Positions 15,283-23,812 of a DNA stretch of 23,812 bases are shown piece by piece. Numbering within the stretch: the first letter of the stretch is position 1; the number at the start of each line of letters is the position of its first letter. The notes under the pieces were generated by a model. The model was not told the DNA's origin and did no database searches. It saw nothing but the letters and a program-made list of their open reading frames with translations. The translations under genes were made by a program, and so were the position numbers. This DNA comes from Candidatus Thorarchaeota archaeon (lineage in GTDB: Archaea; Asgardarchaeota; Thorarchaeia; Thorarchaeales; Thorarchaeaceae): the NCBI GenBank assembly GCA_016839445.1, contig JAEOUG010000142.1, positions 1 to 23,812 on the forward strand, given 5' to 3'.

Positions 15283-16614
15283 ATGAGCAAGAAGAAAGTC
15301 ATAATCATGGGTGCAGCAGGACGCGACTTCCACAACTTCAACGTTCATTTCAGAGACAACGAAGACTACGAAGTTGTAGCTTTCACGGCGGAGCAGATTC
15401 CTGGTATTGGCGACAGGATATATCCACCAGAGCTGTCCGGTCCATTGTATCCAGACGGTATCAAGATCTATCCGGAAGAGATGCTACCCGAACTGGTTGA
15501 GAAGTATGATGTCGAGCAATGCATACTCGCCTATTCAGACCTGCCGCATGAGGTCGTTGGGCACAAGATTGCTTGGGTCAACAAACTGGGCCCAGACATG
15601 AGGCTCATGGGACCCAAGACGACAATGATTCAGAGCAAGAAGCCCGTAGTGGCAGTGTGTGCAGTTCGTACTGGTTGCGGTAAGAGCCAGACATCGAGGA
15701 GAGTGAACCAAATCCTCGTTGACATGGGACTGAAGCCAGTGAATATTCGACACCCTATGCCATACGACCCTGATCTAACGACTCAGATTGCACAGCGGTA
15801 TGAGAAGCTCGAAGACATGGACAAGTACAGGTGCACAATCGAAGAGCGTGAAGAATACGAGCCCATGATTAACATGGGAGTGATTCTGTACGCAGGAGTC
15901 GATTACGGAAGAATCATTGAGCAGGCAGAAAAGGAAGCGGACGTCATCACTTGGGACGGTGGCAATAACGACTTCCCGTTCTACAAGCCAGACCTGCTGA
16001 TTGTCATTGCAGACCCACACCGGCCAAGCCACGAGATACTGTACTACCCAGGGGAAACCAACCTGAGGATGGCGGACGTGGTGATTATCAACAAGATAGA
16101 CACCGCTGACTACGAAGACGTCGAAGAAGTGCGAGAGAACATCATGATTGTAAACCCCACGGCCACGATTGTCGATGCGGCCTCACCACTGACCATTGAC
16201 GACATGGAATCCATCAAAGGAAAGAGAGTAATCGTGGTGGAAGATGGTCCGACTGTGACACATGGAGAGATGCCCTACGGAGCTGGATACATAGCTGCTC
16301 GCAAGGCAGGCGCAATCATAGTTGACCCCCGACCGTTTGCGGTAGGGAGCATAGAGCAAACCTTCGAGAAGTACTCTCATCTAGAGGACGTACTCCCGGC
16401 CATGGGCTATGGGAAGAAGCAGACAGCCGAACTGGAGAAGACTATCAATAATGCAGATGTTGACGCGGTTGTGATAGGCACGCCAATCGACTTGACGAGA
16501 ATAGTCAAGATATCGAAACCGAGCGTTCGTGTCCGCTACGACCTTCAGGAAATCGGAAGACCCAACCTGGATGATGTCTTGAAGGAATTCGTTAGGAAGC
16601 ATGGTCTGAAATAG
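15283..16614 (+). CDS. arcE: Arginine synthetase (ArcE)-like / cDPGS-like P-loop protein (COG2403)
   Basis: 'MGAAGRDFHNFN', 'VVAFTAEQIP', P-loop 'AVRTGCGKS', 'RHPMPY', 'TIEEREEYEP', 'WDGGNND', 'VEDGPT', 'LPAMGY'. ATG at 15283 follows GGAG. Confidence 0.8.
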   Translation: MSKKKVIIMGAAGRDFHNFNVHFRDNEDYEVVAFTAEQIPGIGDRIYPPELSGPLYPDGIKIYPEEMLPELVEKYDVEQCILAYSDLPHEVVGHKIAWVNKLGPDMRLMGPKTTMIQSKKPVVAVCAVRTGCGKSQTSRRVNQILVDMGLKPVNIRHPMPYDPDLTTQIAQRYEKLEDMDKYRCTIEEREEYEPMINMGVILYAGVDYGRIIEQAEKEADVITWDGGNNDFPFYKPDLLIVIADPHRPSHEILYYPGETNLRMADVVIINKIDTADYEDVEEVRENIMIVNPTATIVDAASPLTIDDMESIKGKRVIVVEDGPTVTHGEMPYGAGYIAARKAGAIIVDPRPFAVGSIEQTFEKYSHLEDVLPAMGYGKKQTAELEKTINNADVDAVVIGTPIDLTRIVKISKPSVRVRYDLQEIGRPNLDDVLKEFVRKHGLK

Positions 16615-16621
16615 AGTTACA

Positions 16622-16642
16622 GCCCGGGGAGATTCCTCGGGC
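16622..16642 (+). terminator. GC-rich hairpin just after arcE
   Basis: GCCCGGGGA-GAT-TCCTCGGGC, a 9-bp stem with one G-U pair; no U-tract follows. Confidence 0.35.
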
Positions 16643-16697
16643 CCCTCGCTCTAGCCTCCTACACTACAGATATCAATGAAAGGAGTGAGTTGTGCGT

Positions 16698-17030
16698 ATG
16701 AGTTCTCAGGACACCCCTCTGGGAGTATTGATACTTGCCATCCTTCAAGGACTTCAGGCGCTTGTTCTGTTCTTGCCGGGCTTGCTGCTGCTGATCATAC
16801 CAATCATTGGATGGATCATTGGCATCCCAATGGTAGTTGTAGGGCTCTTCCTGCTGTTCATCGCATGGGGCCTTTTCACCATGCAGGCATGGGCTTGGAT
16901 GTGGGCGTTCATCATGAATATCGTAGGATTTCTGGTGGCACTTGTCAACTGGAACTGGATAGGTGTAGTACTATCTCTCATCATCGTCCTCTACCTGAAT
17001 CAGGGCGACATCAAGAGGAGATTCAGGTAG
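16698..17030 (+). CDS. Small 4-TM membrane protein of unknown function
   Basis: 'PLGVLILAIL', 'WGLFTMQAWAW', 'YLNQGDIKRRF' pattern; AGGAGTGA RBS; alternative GTG start at 16692. Confidence 0.75.
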   Translation: MSSQDTPLGVLILAILQGLQALVLFLPGLLLLIIPIIGWIIGIPMVVVGLFLLFIAWGLFTMQAWAWMWAFIMNIVGFLVALVNWNWIGVVLSLIIVLYLNQGDIKRRFR

Positions 17031-17069
17031 CAGCCATCATTTCGAGATGAACACAGAGGACAGCATAGC

Positions 17070-18665
17070 CTAGGCAGGCTTCGGCCTGCTGTCAATGATC
17101 TCCATGAACTTCATGCCACCAGCTTTGTCAACCAGCTCTTCGAAGTCGAGGATGAACACGCCAGGGGTTACCTCGGTGTTGGTCTTGGTCATCTTCTTAA
17201 GCTGAGCAATGAGAGAGCTGTAGTCGGCGTTCTTGGGACCCTTGGGAGCAACATAGAGGTTGAGCACATCCATGCTGTACGGGTCGGACATGTCTTCCTT
17301 TGCCACCTCTATCTGCACTTCCTCAATCTCACTGACACTTAGCAGCTCGGCGCGAAGTGCTGTGAGGTTCACCGTAGCACCCTTGATCTTCTTCTCAGAG
17401 AGACCCATAATATCCAGCTGAGCCTCAGCATCATTCGTACGTCCAATGTCCCAGAAGAATGGACCGTCAAGACCGCAGAGTGGACACTTGCCTCGCTCCT
17501 GGTGGGAAGCAACGTCACCAAGGAGGAATCCCTCGAAGACGGTTCCAGTGCTATCCAGATGGAAGAGGGACATGTGTCCTGATTCATCGTCACCGACGAA
17601 ATCGTAGGTGCCATCATCATTCAGTTTGACTAGTTCAAACGCCAACATCAGCGGAGACACGTTGTGATAGGGTCCATGACGCTCACATTGAGCGGCAAAG
17701 GAGATCTTGCTCTCAGAGGAAGCATAGCCTCCGACAGCTTGGATTTCCTTGGCTCCCTTCTCTTCAAGTACTGAGATCATGTCATCAAGCGCTGCATCAT
17801 AGATCTTCTCGCCAGCTAGCAGCAGCACGACTTTCTCGGGAGCCTGGTAGTCCTTTGACTCCTTCATGGCTCTGAAGAAGCGGTTTCGCATGTAGCTTGG
17901 CATTCCCGTAATGCTGTTCGCCTTGAACGTACCTGCAATGTCTACAAGCTTCTCACTCGGAATGGCGCCGCCAGCACTGGTTGCTACGTAGAACTTCGAC
18001 ATCTGCCTCAAACCAAGATTGACAGCATGCCAGCCAAGATGGGGCGCATAGGGGAACAGGTTCATGCTAATCACCTCCCACCCAGTCTTGACGAAGGGGT
18101 CCACTGCAAGTTGACCTGCTTTGACACAGTTCTTCTCCAAGAGCTCCCAATCATATCGCGTTAGGAAGACTGGCGAGGGAAGCCCTGAGGCTCTCCCAGA
18201 GCTCAACCAGAACTGCAATGGAGCAAACTGCTCTGTCATCTTCGACTGCAATCGACCCATGGCCGCTTTTGCACCAATCTTGAGCTTGACCTTGGCTCCA
18301 TTGTTCCTTACGAACTTGGCCATTTCATTGTGACCAGTTTCTTTGGAATACTTCAGTAGGTTCCCGACAACTTGTGCAGGTTCGCGAGGTTTGCCATCAA
18401 CCTCACTCGGATTGATCACAAACTTCGGTATGTTCTCCTTGTAGTCTACCTTCTTCACAAGCGGTATGTTGTACTTCGCCCAGTCTTCAACACAGGTGAT
18501 GTTGAAGGGATCTATGTTGTTGTCTTTGAACAACCTTCTGTAGTACTGATGATTAGGCCAGACCTGGTACCGAATAAAGGCTCGGAACTTCTGGTCCTGC
18601 AGCTCCTTAATCTCTCTGTGATTAGTTCTCTTCAGTTCCTGAAAGGTGAAAGTAGACTTGACCAT
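17070..18665 (-). CDS. Phenylacetate-CoA ligase (PaaK)-like adenylate-forming enzyme
   Basis: 'YYRRLF', 'IPLVKKVD', P-loop-like 'SSGRASGLP', 'GMPSY', 'AGEK', 'GYASSE', 'GDVA', 'IGRTND', 'KIKGATV'. Confidence 0.8.
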   Translation of the reverse strand: MVKSTFTFQELKRTNHREIKELQDQKFRAFIRYQVWPNHQYYRRLFKDNNIDPFNITCVEDWAKYNIPLVKKVDYKENIPKFVINPSEVDGKPREPAQVVGNLLKYSKETGHNEMAKFVRNNGAKVKLKIGAKAAMGRLQSKMTEQFAPLQFWLSSGRASGLPSPVFLTRYDWELLEKNCVKAGQLAVDPFVKTGWEVISMNLFPYAPHLGWHAVNLGLRQMSKFYVATSAGGAIPSEKLVDIAGTFKANSITGMPSYMRNRFFRAMKESKDYQAPEKVVLLLAGEKIYDAALDDMISVLEEKGAKEIQAVGGYASSESKISFAAQCERHGPYHNVSPLMLAFELVKLNDDGTYDFVGDDESGHMSLFHLDSTGTVFEGFLLGDVASHQERGKCPLCGLDGPFFWDIGRTNDAEAQLDIMGLSEKKIKGATVNLTALRAELLSVSEIEEVQIEVAKEDMSDPYSMDVLNLYVAPKGPKNADYSSLIAQLKKMTKTNTEVTPGVFILDFEELVDKAGGMKFMEIIDSRPKPA

Positions 18666-18853
18666 TGCTTACCCACCTGTTCTCCGTGACGAATCGAATT
18701 CCGGCTAAACGAGGATAATAGTCTTGTGAGTGAAGTTCATCTCAGGGAAATACACGCACTTAAGGGCACGACGTAGAAACTCATAATAGACAAGACCACA
18801 GACCAAATCCCACAGAACTGTCTTGTCAGGTAATCCTCAAGGGTGGCTATGCG

Positions 18854-19285
18854 ATGTCAGAAAGTGGCGAGAAACTTCAGAAGGGAATCATTGAGCTCGA
18901 CAAAGGGAACGACAAGAAGGCCTTCAGTTACTTCAAAGACGTTTTCGAGGATCGTCAGGAAGGACTATTGAAGAAGGTGGCAGACAACCCGAAGTCTCCG
19001 ACACTCATGCTGGATGCTCTCTACATGATTCATGCCCTCGTCTGGCTCAGGGTTGCAGAGGCGGGGAAGGAGAAGAAACAGAGCGTGGAGCTGCTGGGCA
19101 AGGCCGTTGGAACAGTGGAGGCCGCCAGAACTGCTCTTGGACCACTTGTTGCAGGGCTAGCACAATGGGCCAAGGAGAAGAACATCACCCAGATAAGGAA
19201 CAGGGCGTTGGGTCTACTAGCCGCCACCAAAGATCTTGAGGACATGGCTAAGAAGGCGCTTGAAGCAAGCAGGAAGATGGCCTAG
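18854..19285 (+). CDS. Hypothetical all-alpha protein
   Basis: 143-aa ORF with GGGTGG RBS-like element and amphipathic helices, possibly TPR-like. Confidence 0.6.
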   Translation: MSESGEKLQKGIIELDKGNDKKAFSYFKDVFEDRQEGLLKKVADNPKSPTLMLDALYMIHALVWLRVAEAGKEKKQSVELLGKAVGTVEAARTALGPLVAGLAQWAKEKNITQIRNRALGLLAATKDLEDMAKKALEASRKMA

Positions 19286-19626
19286 GACTCTCGTTCATTC
19301 ATGTGTTCAGACCACTTGTCCTTATCGAAGCGCTCTTCCATTATGTCAAGCTCTGCAATAACTGATGATTCGATATCAACTCCGAAGTGATTGGCGATTT
19401 GTGCAAAGAGCGCGAAGACTTGTGCGAACTCACGTGACAACTGAGACTTCTCCGGTGCCTCATGACCAAGACCAATCACCTTGTATCCTTCAGACACTGT
19501 GATATGACGGGAGATCTCGCCCAGTTCCTCAATCAGATGCGCGAAGACAAGGGAGGCGGGGAACTGGTCCCATCCACGCTCTTGCTCAAATGCTCTCAAC
19601 TTGGCCTGAAGTTCTCGAAGTTCCAT
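19282..19626 (-). CDS. MazG-like NTP pyrophosphohydrolase
   Basis: 'ELQAKLRAFEQERGWDQF', 'HLIEELGEI', 'REFAQV...IANHFGVDIE'; ATG abuts the upstream stop. Confidence 0.8.
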   Translation of the reverse strand: MELRELQAKLRAFEQERGWDQFPASLVFAHLIEELGEISRHITVSEGYKVIGLGHEAPEKSQLSREFAQVFALFAQIANHFGVDIESSVIAELDIMEERFDKDKWSEHMNERES

Positions 19627-20322
19627 CTACATCATCCTCTTGACGATTTCTAGAACCTGTGCATGAGCTTGGTTAAGTGCCGATTCTGGTGGGGATTCCA
19701 TTAGACCCAGAGGAGTGTCTTCTGGCAGCGGGGTCCCCCCGAGGAACATCGCCTCGCTCACATGACCCATCATCTCAACTGGCGGAAGAACAGCGCAGGC
19801 GAGCTTCATTCCGGGTGAGAGACCGCTGATGTTCGTTACAATGTGCCAGATTCTTGTACCATCCGTGCATCTGCACTCGAAGAGATTCCTGGAGTCCTTG
19901 ACTGTCTGTATCTGACTGAGTTCAACTGCCAATATGTCAACAGCCATCCCGGGGTCTTCTCCACTTGTCATTCGCCTCTGGAAGCCCTCTCCAATTCTGA
20001 AAGCATAGGAGGCCTCTGCAAGCGTCAGTGAGTCTTTCACAGTCGATGGCTTGTAGCCAGTGGTCTTCAATGCGGTCTCTAGAGTGGTCTTGTATGCGCC
20101 AACCTGCTCCACAATCTTCGATGTGGCCTCCAGAGCTGCAACTTGCGTTGGTGGTATGTAGGAGTATTTCACCTCGTAGATGAGACTGCCTGCAGTCTTC
20201 AGAGCATCTGTGAGACGCGAGTAGTCTACGTGCATCTTGAGCTTCCTATTCCCGACGATCTCGTTGAGCCTTCGAATCGCGTCCTCAAGGACGAGAATCC
20301 GGCAATCCTTGGCGGTATCCAT
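19627..20322 (-). CDS. Archaeal tRNA-binding protein with C-terminal EMAP/OB fold (COG2517-type)
   Basis: 'MDTAKDCRILV', 'KYSYIPP', 'DPGMAVDI', 'IVTN', 'LPPVEMMGHVSEAMFLG'; ATG at 20322. Confidence 0.82.
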   Translation of the reverse strand: MDTAKDCRILVLEDAIRRLNEIVGNRKLKMHVDYSRLTDALKTAGSLIYEVKYSYIPPTQVAALEATSKIVEQVGAYKTTLETALKTTGYKPSTVKDSLTLAEASYAFRIGEGFQRRMTSGEDPGMAVDILAVELSQIQTVKDSRNLFECRCTDGTRIWHIVTNISGLSPGMKLACAVLPPVEMMGHVSEAMFLGGTPLPEDTPLGLMESPPESALNQAHAQVLEIVKRMM

Positions 20323-20452
20323 GGCTAGACCTTGCTCCCATCCTGCTGATAGACTGCTGATAAAGCTCACCAATCACCTAGGAGGCCGTACGAAGTTCTA
20401 TAAAGACAAGCGATGTACTCGATTCAGGTTCATTGACAGGGAGATGTGCAGA

Positions 20453-21064
20453 TTGATTCAAGCGGTCTATATTCTTGTCGCGGATAGTGGCCTCTGTGTG
20501 TTAGACAGGAAGTACGGAGAGGCAGACATGGATCCCAACCTCATCAGTGGATTCCTGACCGCTCTTATCCAGTTCGGCAGAGAACTCAGCGATGGAAACC
20601 GTGTGCATGTCATAGACTTTGGAGCATTTGACATCTGTCTGTCACTGAAAGAGAATGTAATCGTTGCCGCCACTGTCGACAAGGTCGACGATGGCAATGC
20701 GGCCATGGCTATCCTTAGCGATGTCAACAACGCCTTTCTCGATGATTACGGGAACATGCTCATGACATGGGATGGAAACCTCGAACCCTTCGAGAAGTTC
20801 TATTCAATCCTAGATGAGATCACAAAGCATGGGCATGCATCTGAAACAAAGATTGTCGTCCCGATTCTCAAGGGCAAGGTGTCTCCGATGTCTGTTCGCC
20901 TGGGCCAGATGAGTCAAGAGGTCTACGAGGTTGCACAGATGTGCAAGGGCCGACTGACTGTCAGAGACATCGCAGACCAACTCGGTAAACACGAGAAAGA
21001 CGTGCAGAAATCAATACACACTCTTGAGGACATGAAGATTCTAGTCTGGGAAGAGCCTTCTTGA
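20453..21064 (+). CDS. Longin-like domain + C-terminal winged helix protein
   Basis: 'IQAVYIL..SGLCVLDRKY...DPNLISGFLTALIQFGREL' is the longin-like pattern typical of Asgard proteins; C-terminal 'CKGRLTVRDIADQLG...VQKSIHTLEDMKILVW' is a wHTH. TTG 20453, alternative ATG 20444. Confidence 0.75.
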   Translation: MIQAVYILVADSGLCVLDRKYGEADMDPNLISGFLTALIQFGRELSDGNRVHVIDFGAFDICLSLKENVIVAATVDKVDDGNAAMAILSDVNNAFLDDYGNMLMTWDGNLEPFEKFYSILDEITKHGHASETKIVVPILKGKVSPMSVRLGQMSQEVYEVAQMCKGRLTVRDIADQLGKHEKDVQKSIHTLEDMKILVWEEPS

Positions 21065-21106
21065 TTCCTCTGCACAGACGCCGCGGAGCAAGTTCTTCAG
21101 CGCTGC

Positions 21107-21820
21107 CTAGGTCGATTGACCCCATTCATTTCCTGTAGCTATCAAGATCAGTCCGATTACTATGAGACCGGGGGCCACGACACCGGGTATCGTCACAGAG
21201 CCAAAGACATAGTCCCTAAGGAGGTAACGCGCCGCATGTACAGCTCTACCAGCGAACAGAATGAAGAATCCGAATCCCAATAGGAGATTGGACCTTCGAA
21301 GGATGCCTCCCGATTGCCATGCAAGATACCAGAAGAGGCACGGAATGAATAGAGCATAGGCGGCTCCGAAACTTGCCGTCAGCAACTGCCTGAACGCATC
21401 CTCCATGGGTACGAAACCAAGCCCGATTCCAATCAAGACTGCTGGAACTGCGAATCCAATCTGGGCCCACTTCTTACCGAAGATCATGAAGGCTGCTGTC
21501 GCAGAAAGGACCGCTAGGGCCATCCACTGGAAGAACGCACCGGCCATCAGCCAGAAGGGAGACTCACCTAGGAAGGGGATATTGTAGGGCGGGGTGAATC
21601 CGATCAGACTGTCTGCATCTGCGTAGAAGTCGCCGATGAAATAGAAGCACCTGCCAACAGATAGGAGCAGGAAGAACAGAGCCATTGCCAACTGGAACGG
21701 GTTGCCTGTCTTGGTCCATCTTCTGAGCAAGAATATGAATATGAAGAAGTAGTAGCCAACAACAAGGAACCAGAGCCCTGCGTGGACTTCACGAATTACC
21801 ATGTCGACAGTCTGAAACAT
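21107..21820 (-). CDS. 7-TM membrane protein of unknown function
   Basis: Seven hydrophobic segments counted by eye; ATG at 21820 follows GGAG. Confidence 0.7.
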   Translation of the reverse strand: MFQTVDMVIREVHAGLWFLVVGYYFFIFIFLLRRWTKTGNPFQLAMALFFLLLSVGRCFYFIGDFYADADSLIGFTPPYNIPFLGESPFWLMAGAFFQWMALAVLSATAAFMIFGKKWAQIGFAVPAVLIGIGLGFVPMEDAFRQLLTASFGAAYALFIPCLFWYLAWQSGGILRRSNLLLGFGFFILFAGRAVHAARYLLRDYVFGSVTIPGVVAPGLIVIGLILIATGNEWGQST

Positions 21821-21956
21821 AGTTGTACTCCGTCCTGAACCTCTAACTCCCATGGAGGGGCATGCTGCCAAATAAAGCTATTCTGCGCCTTTGCTCAGTG
21901 GCGATACAGCTAGATAAGCTCTATATTGCATATCGCAGGAATAACTCGTGGTGCTG

Positions 21957-22361
21957 ATGAGTAAGAGCCCGACCTGGAAACTCGTAAATGGCGACGACAG
22001 CGTAGAGGAATTCATAGACATCCGTAGGAAGGTGGGCAACCAGATTATCAGAGCATACCTACTCAGCGATGTGATGGATTCAGAGCGGGTAAAGAAGATA
22101 CCTGGAAAGCTGAGAGGACCGAAGGATGAGTTCAAGGACTTCGATCGTTTTCTCATCCTCAAGATCAAAGACGGAGACTCAACCTACAGATTCCTTGCAG
22201 AGAGTGGAGTATACGAGAACCTGAGAATAGTTGGGACTGACTCAGAGAGCGTTGCCTCTTCTTCACCGCAGGAGATAACAGAGAAGTTCACAAGGGCGCT
22301 TCAGAACCCAGCCCCCAACGGTGTCACTCTCATTCTAAGTGAGAGTTCAAGGGTGAAATAG
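21957..22361 (+). CDS. Hypothetical protein
   Basis: Open frame with typical soluble-protein composition; ATG at 21957 after GGTG (alternative GTG 21948). Confidence 0.6.
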   Translation: MSKSPTWKLVNGDDSVEEFIDIRRKVGNQIIRAYLLSDVMDSERVKKIPGKLRGPKDEFKDFDRFLILKIKDGDSTYRFLAESGVYENLRIVGTDSESVASSSPQEITEKFTRALQNPAPNGVTLILSESSRVK

Positions 22362-22386
22362 CGTTCTGTTTGAAGGGTGATCGAGA

Positions 22387-22584
22387 TTGACTACATTCGA
22401 AAGGTTCGCCAAGTGCCCAATCTGTGAGAAACGTACTGTACTCAGGGTGCCACCCAATGTCCTAGACAAAGCTAAGAGGTTTCCATACCAAGTGAAGGTC
22501 AAACACGAGGACCACTACTTCTACATCAATCTCGATAGCCAGGCGTGGATTACTGATATCCTGCACCCGGACCTAGTCGAGTAG
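22387..22584 (+). CDS. Small putative Zn-binding protein (CxxC...HxxH)
   Basis: 'CPIC' and 'KHEDHYFYINLD'; GGGTGA RBS before a TTG start. Confidence 0.7.
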   Translation: MTTFERFAKCPICEKRTVLRVPPNVLDKAKRFPYQVKVKHEDHYFYINLDSQAWITDILHPDLVE

Positions 22585-22585
22585 G

Positions 22586-23398
22586 TCAGCCGATGTACGA
22601 GTCAGGCGGGTGCGTTCCCTCGCCCGAGTCGTCTCTACTGGTCACTTCCTTGCGTGCCCACTCGATGAATTCTATGACTTTCGAGATCTCAGTATCGATT
22701 ACATCGAAGTGCGCCTTGAGACCTATCAGGGAGGATATGTTCTCAAGGAGAGCCTTGGCAGCCCTGTAATCCACCTTTATGATTCCCAAGGTTTCACCCA
22801 GTAGACAGGCACTCTCGATGTCATACATGGATGAAGCCCATGCAGGAACGATACCGTTTGCACCTACAACCATTCCCTCCTCGGTGGTTACTGAGCCCTG
22901 AATGGAGGAGATCTTGGCGAGAAGCCGCTCTGAGCTTGCAGAAACGTACATCCGAGGAGGCGACGGGTATGATTCGAAGTATTCACTGTAGCCTTGTTCA
23001 TAGGCGGCCAGGGCATAGACTTCCTTGACATCAAGAGCGGATAGCTCTCCTGCAACGAAGTCCGCGTACTCGAAGACTCCACTTCCGGACGATGGCTGGA
23101 AGTCGGCGGTGAGAGTGAGAACATCATGAGGCTCGTCTGGCGCCGCTCTATAGAGATGGATTGTGGACTTGGGCACTCTGGCTATGCCCTGCTGCACAAT
23201 GACGCGTGGTGGGAAGTCACTGCTGAAGAAGTCCATCACATGTTCCGCCTCAAGTACATGAACCAGTGTTTCGACAGCCACCTTGCCCACATTGGCGATG
23301 CCAGGGAGACCTACTACTGCAACCGGGGATTTCAGGGATTGGCTCTCAAGGTTCACGAAACGGCGCTTGTACATACTCTGTATATCGGGAGTAGGCAT
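22586..23398 (-). CDS. PAC2-family proteasome assembly chaperone-like protein
   Basis: 'VGLPGIANVGKVA', 'SSDFPP', 'ADFQP', 'CLLGET', 'DYRAAKALL', C-terminal 'YIG'; ATG at 23398. Confidence 0.88.
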   Translation of the reverse strand: MPTPDIQSMYKRRFVNLESQSLKSPVAVVGLPGIANVGKVAVETLVHVLEAEHVMDFFSSDFPPRVIVQQGIARVPKSTIHLYRAAPDEPHDVLTLTADFQPSSGSGVFEYADFVAGELSALDVKEVYALAAYEQGYSEYFESYPSPPRMYVSASSERLLAKISSIQGSVTTEEGMVVGANGIVPAWASSMYDIESACLLGETLGIIKVDYRAAKALLENISSLIGLKAHFDVIDTEISKVIEFIEWARKEVTSRDDSGEGTHPPDSYIG

Positions 23399-23411
23399 TT
23401 GGCAGTATCGG

Positions 23412-23812
23412 TCACAAGCGGTAGAATCTGATCGCGTTTTCTGTCGTAGCCTGAGCAACATCATCTATCGGGATGTTCAGAATCTCACCCAACGTTTCCG
23501 CCCCGTAGAGGATGTTGGCTGGTTCATTCCTTTCTGGGGTAGGTGACAAGTACGGGCCATCGCTTTCGAGCATTATCTGAGAGAGCGGCACAACCTTGGC
23601 GGCCTCAACTCGATTCCGGTACTTGCCGAAGTTGGCTGGCAGGGTGATGTACCAACCATTGTCGGCAACGACCTGGGCAACATCGTTCGGACCGTCGAAG
23701 CAATGCATCAGGACATCACCGCTGTAGGTGCTCTCAAGGATTGAACATGCCTCCTGCTCCGACTTCCTCGAGTGAATGACAATCGGCTTCTCGAGTTCCA
23801 TGGCAAGCTCTA
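23412..23812 (-). CDS. tatD: TatD-family nuclease, 5' end outside the window
   Basis: 'PIVIHSR', 'MHCFDG', 'LESDGPYL', 'RNEPAN', 'TTENAIRFY'; frame open to the window edge. Confidence 0.92.
   Translation of the reverse strand, partial: ELAMELEKPIVIHSRKSEQEACSILESTYSGDVLMHCFDGPNDVAQVVADNGWYITLPANFGKYRNRVEAAKVVPLSQIMLESDGPYLSPTPERNEPANILYGAETLGEILNIPIDDVAQATTENAIRFYRL

Noticed and set aside
21107-21820. Rhodopsin (schizorhodopsin/heliorhodopsin)
   Set aside because: No retinal-binding Lys in the seventh helix.
22586-22600. HbYX proteasome-activating tail on the PAC2-like protein
   Set aside because: It ends SYIG, with Tyr third from last rather than penultimate; YIG is a usual ending in this archaeal family.
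1-23812. CRISPR arrays, tRNA/rRNA genes, transposases, integrases
   Set aside because: No regularly spaced repeats, no cloverleaf-like sequence noticed in the intergenic gaps (all under 300 bp), and no recombinase motifs.

Overview
Gene-dense archaeal chromosomal segment with about 26 CDS and no rRNA, tRNA, CRISPR array or mobile element seen. Gene content (longin-like, E2F/DP-like, PAC2, COG2517-type tRNA-binding protein, GGTGA/GGAGG RBSs, TATA-like boxes) suggests an Asgard archaeon, plausibly Thorarchaeia; this is inferred. The flanks are mostly recognisable: ECF S-component-like, stomatin+NfeD, CAAX protease, ArcE/cDPGS-like P-loop enzyme, PaaK-like ligase, MazG-like, PAC2, TatD. The main discovery candidate is the 3.5-15 kb cluster. 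An amidohydrolase and a Cdc48/p97-N-domain-vWA gene (both minus strand, catalytic/MIDAS motifs intact) sit head-to-head with an 886-aa gene that fuses motif-dead copies of both, in the same order, as a mirror-image duplication would produce. Nearby are a third, MIDAS-dead Cdc48N-vWA paralogue, a vWA-wHTH-Ig protein, two coiled-coil proteins, a HEAT protein with UBM-like repeats, and an E2F/DP-like factor with RRVYD, coiled coil and a marked-box-like segment. All family calls come from motif recognition by eye; no searches were run.
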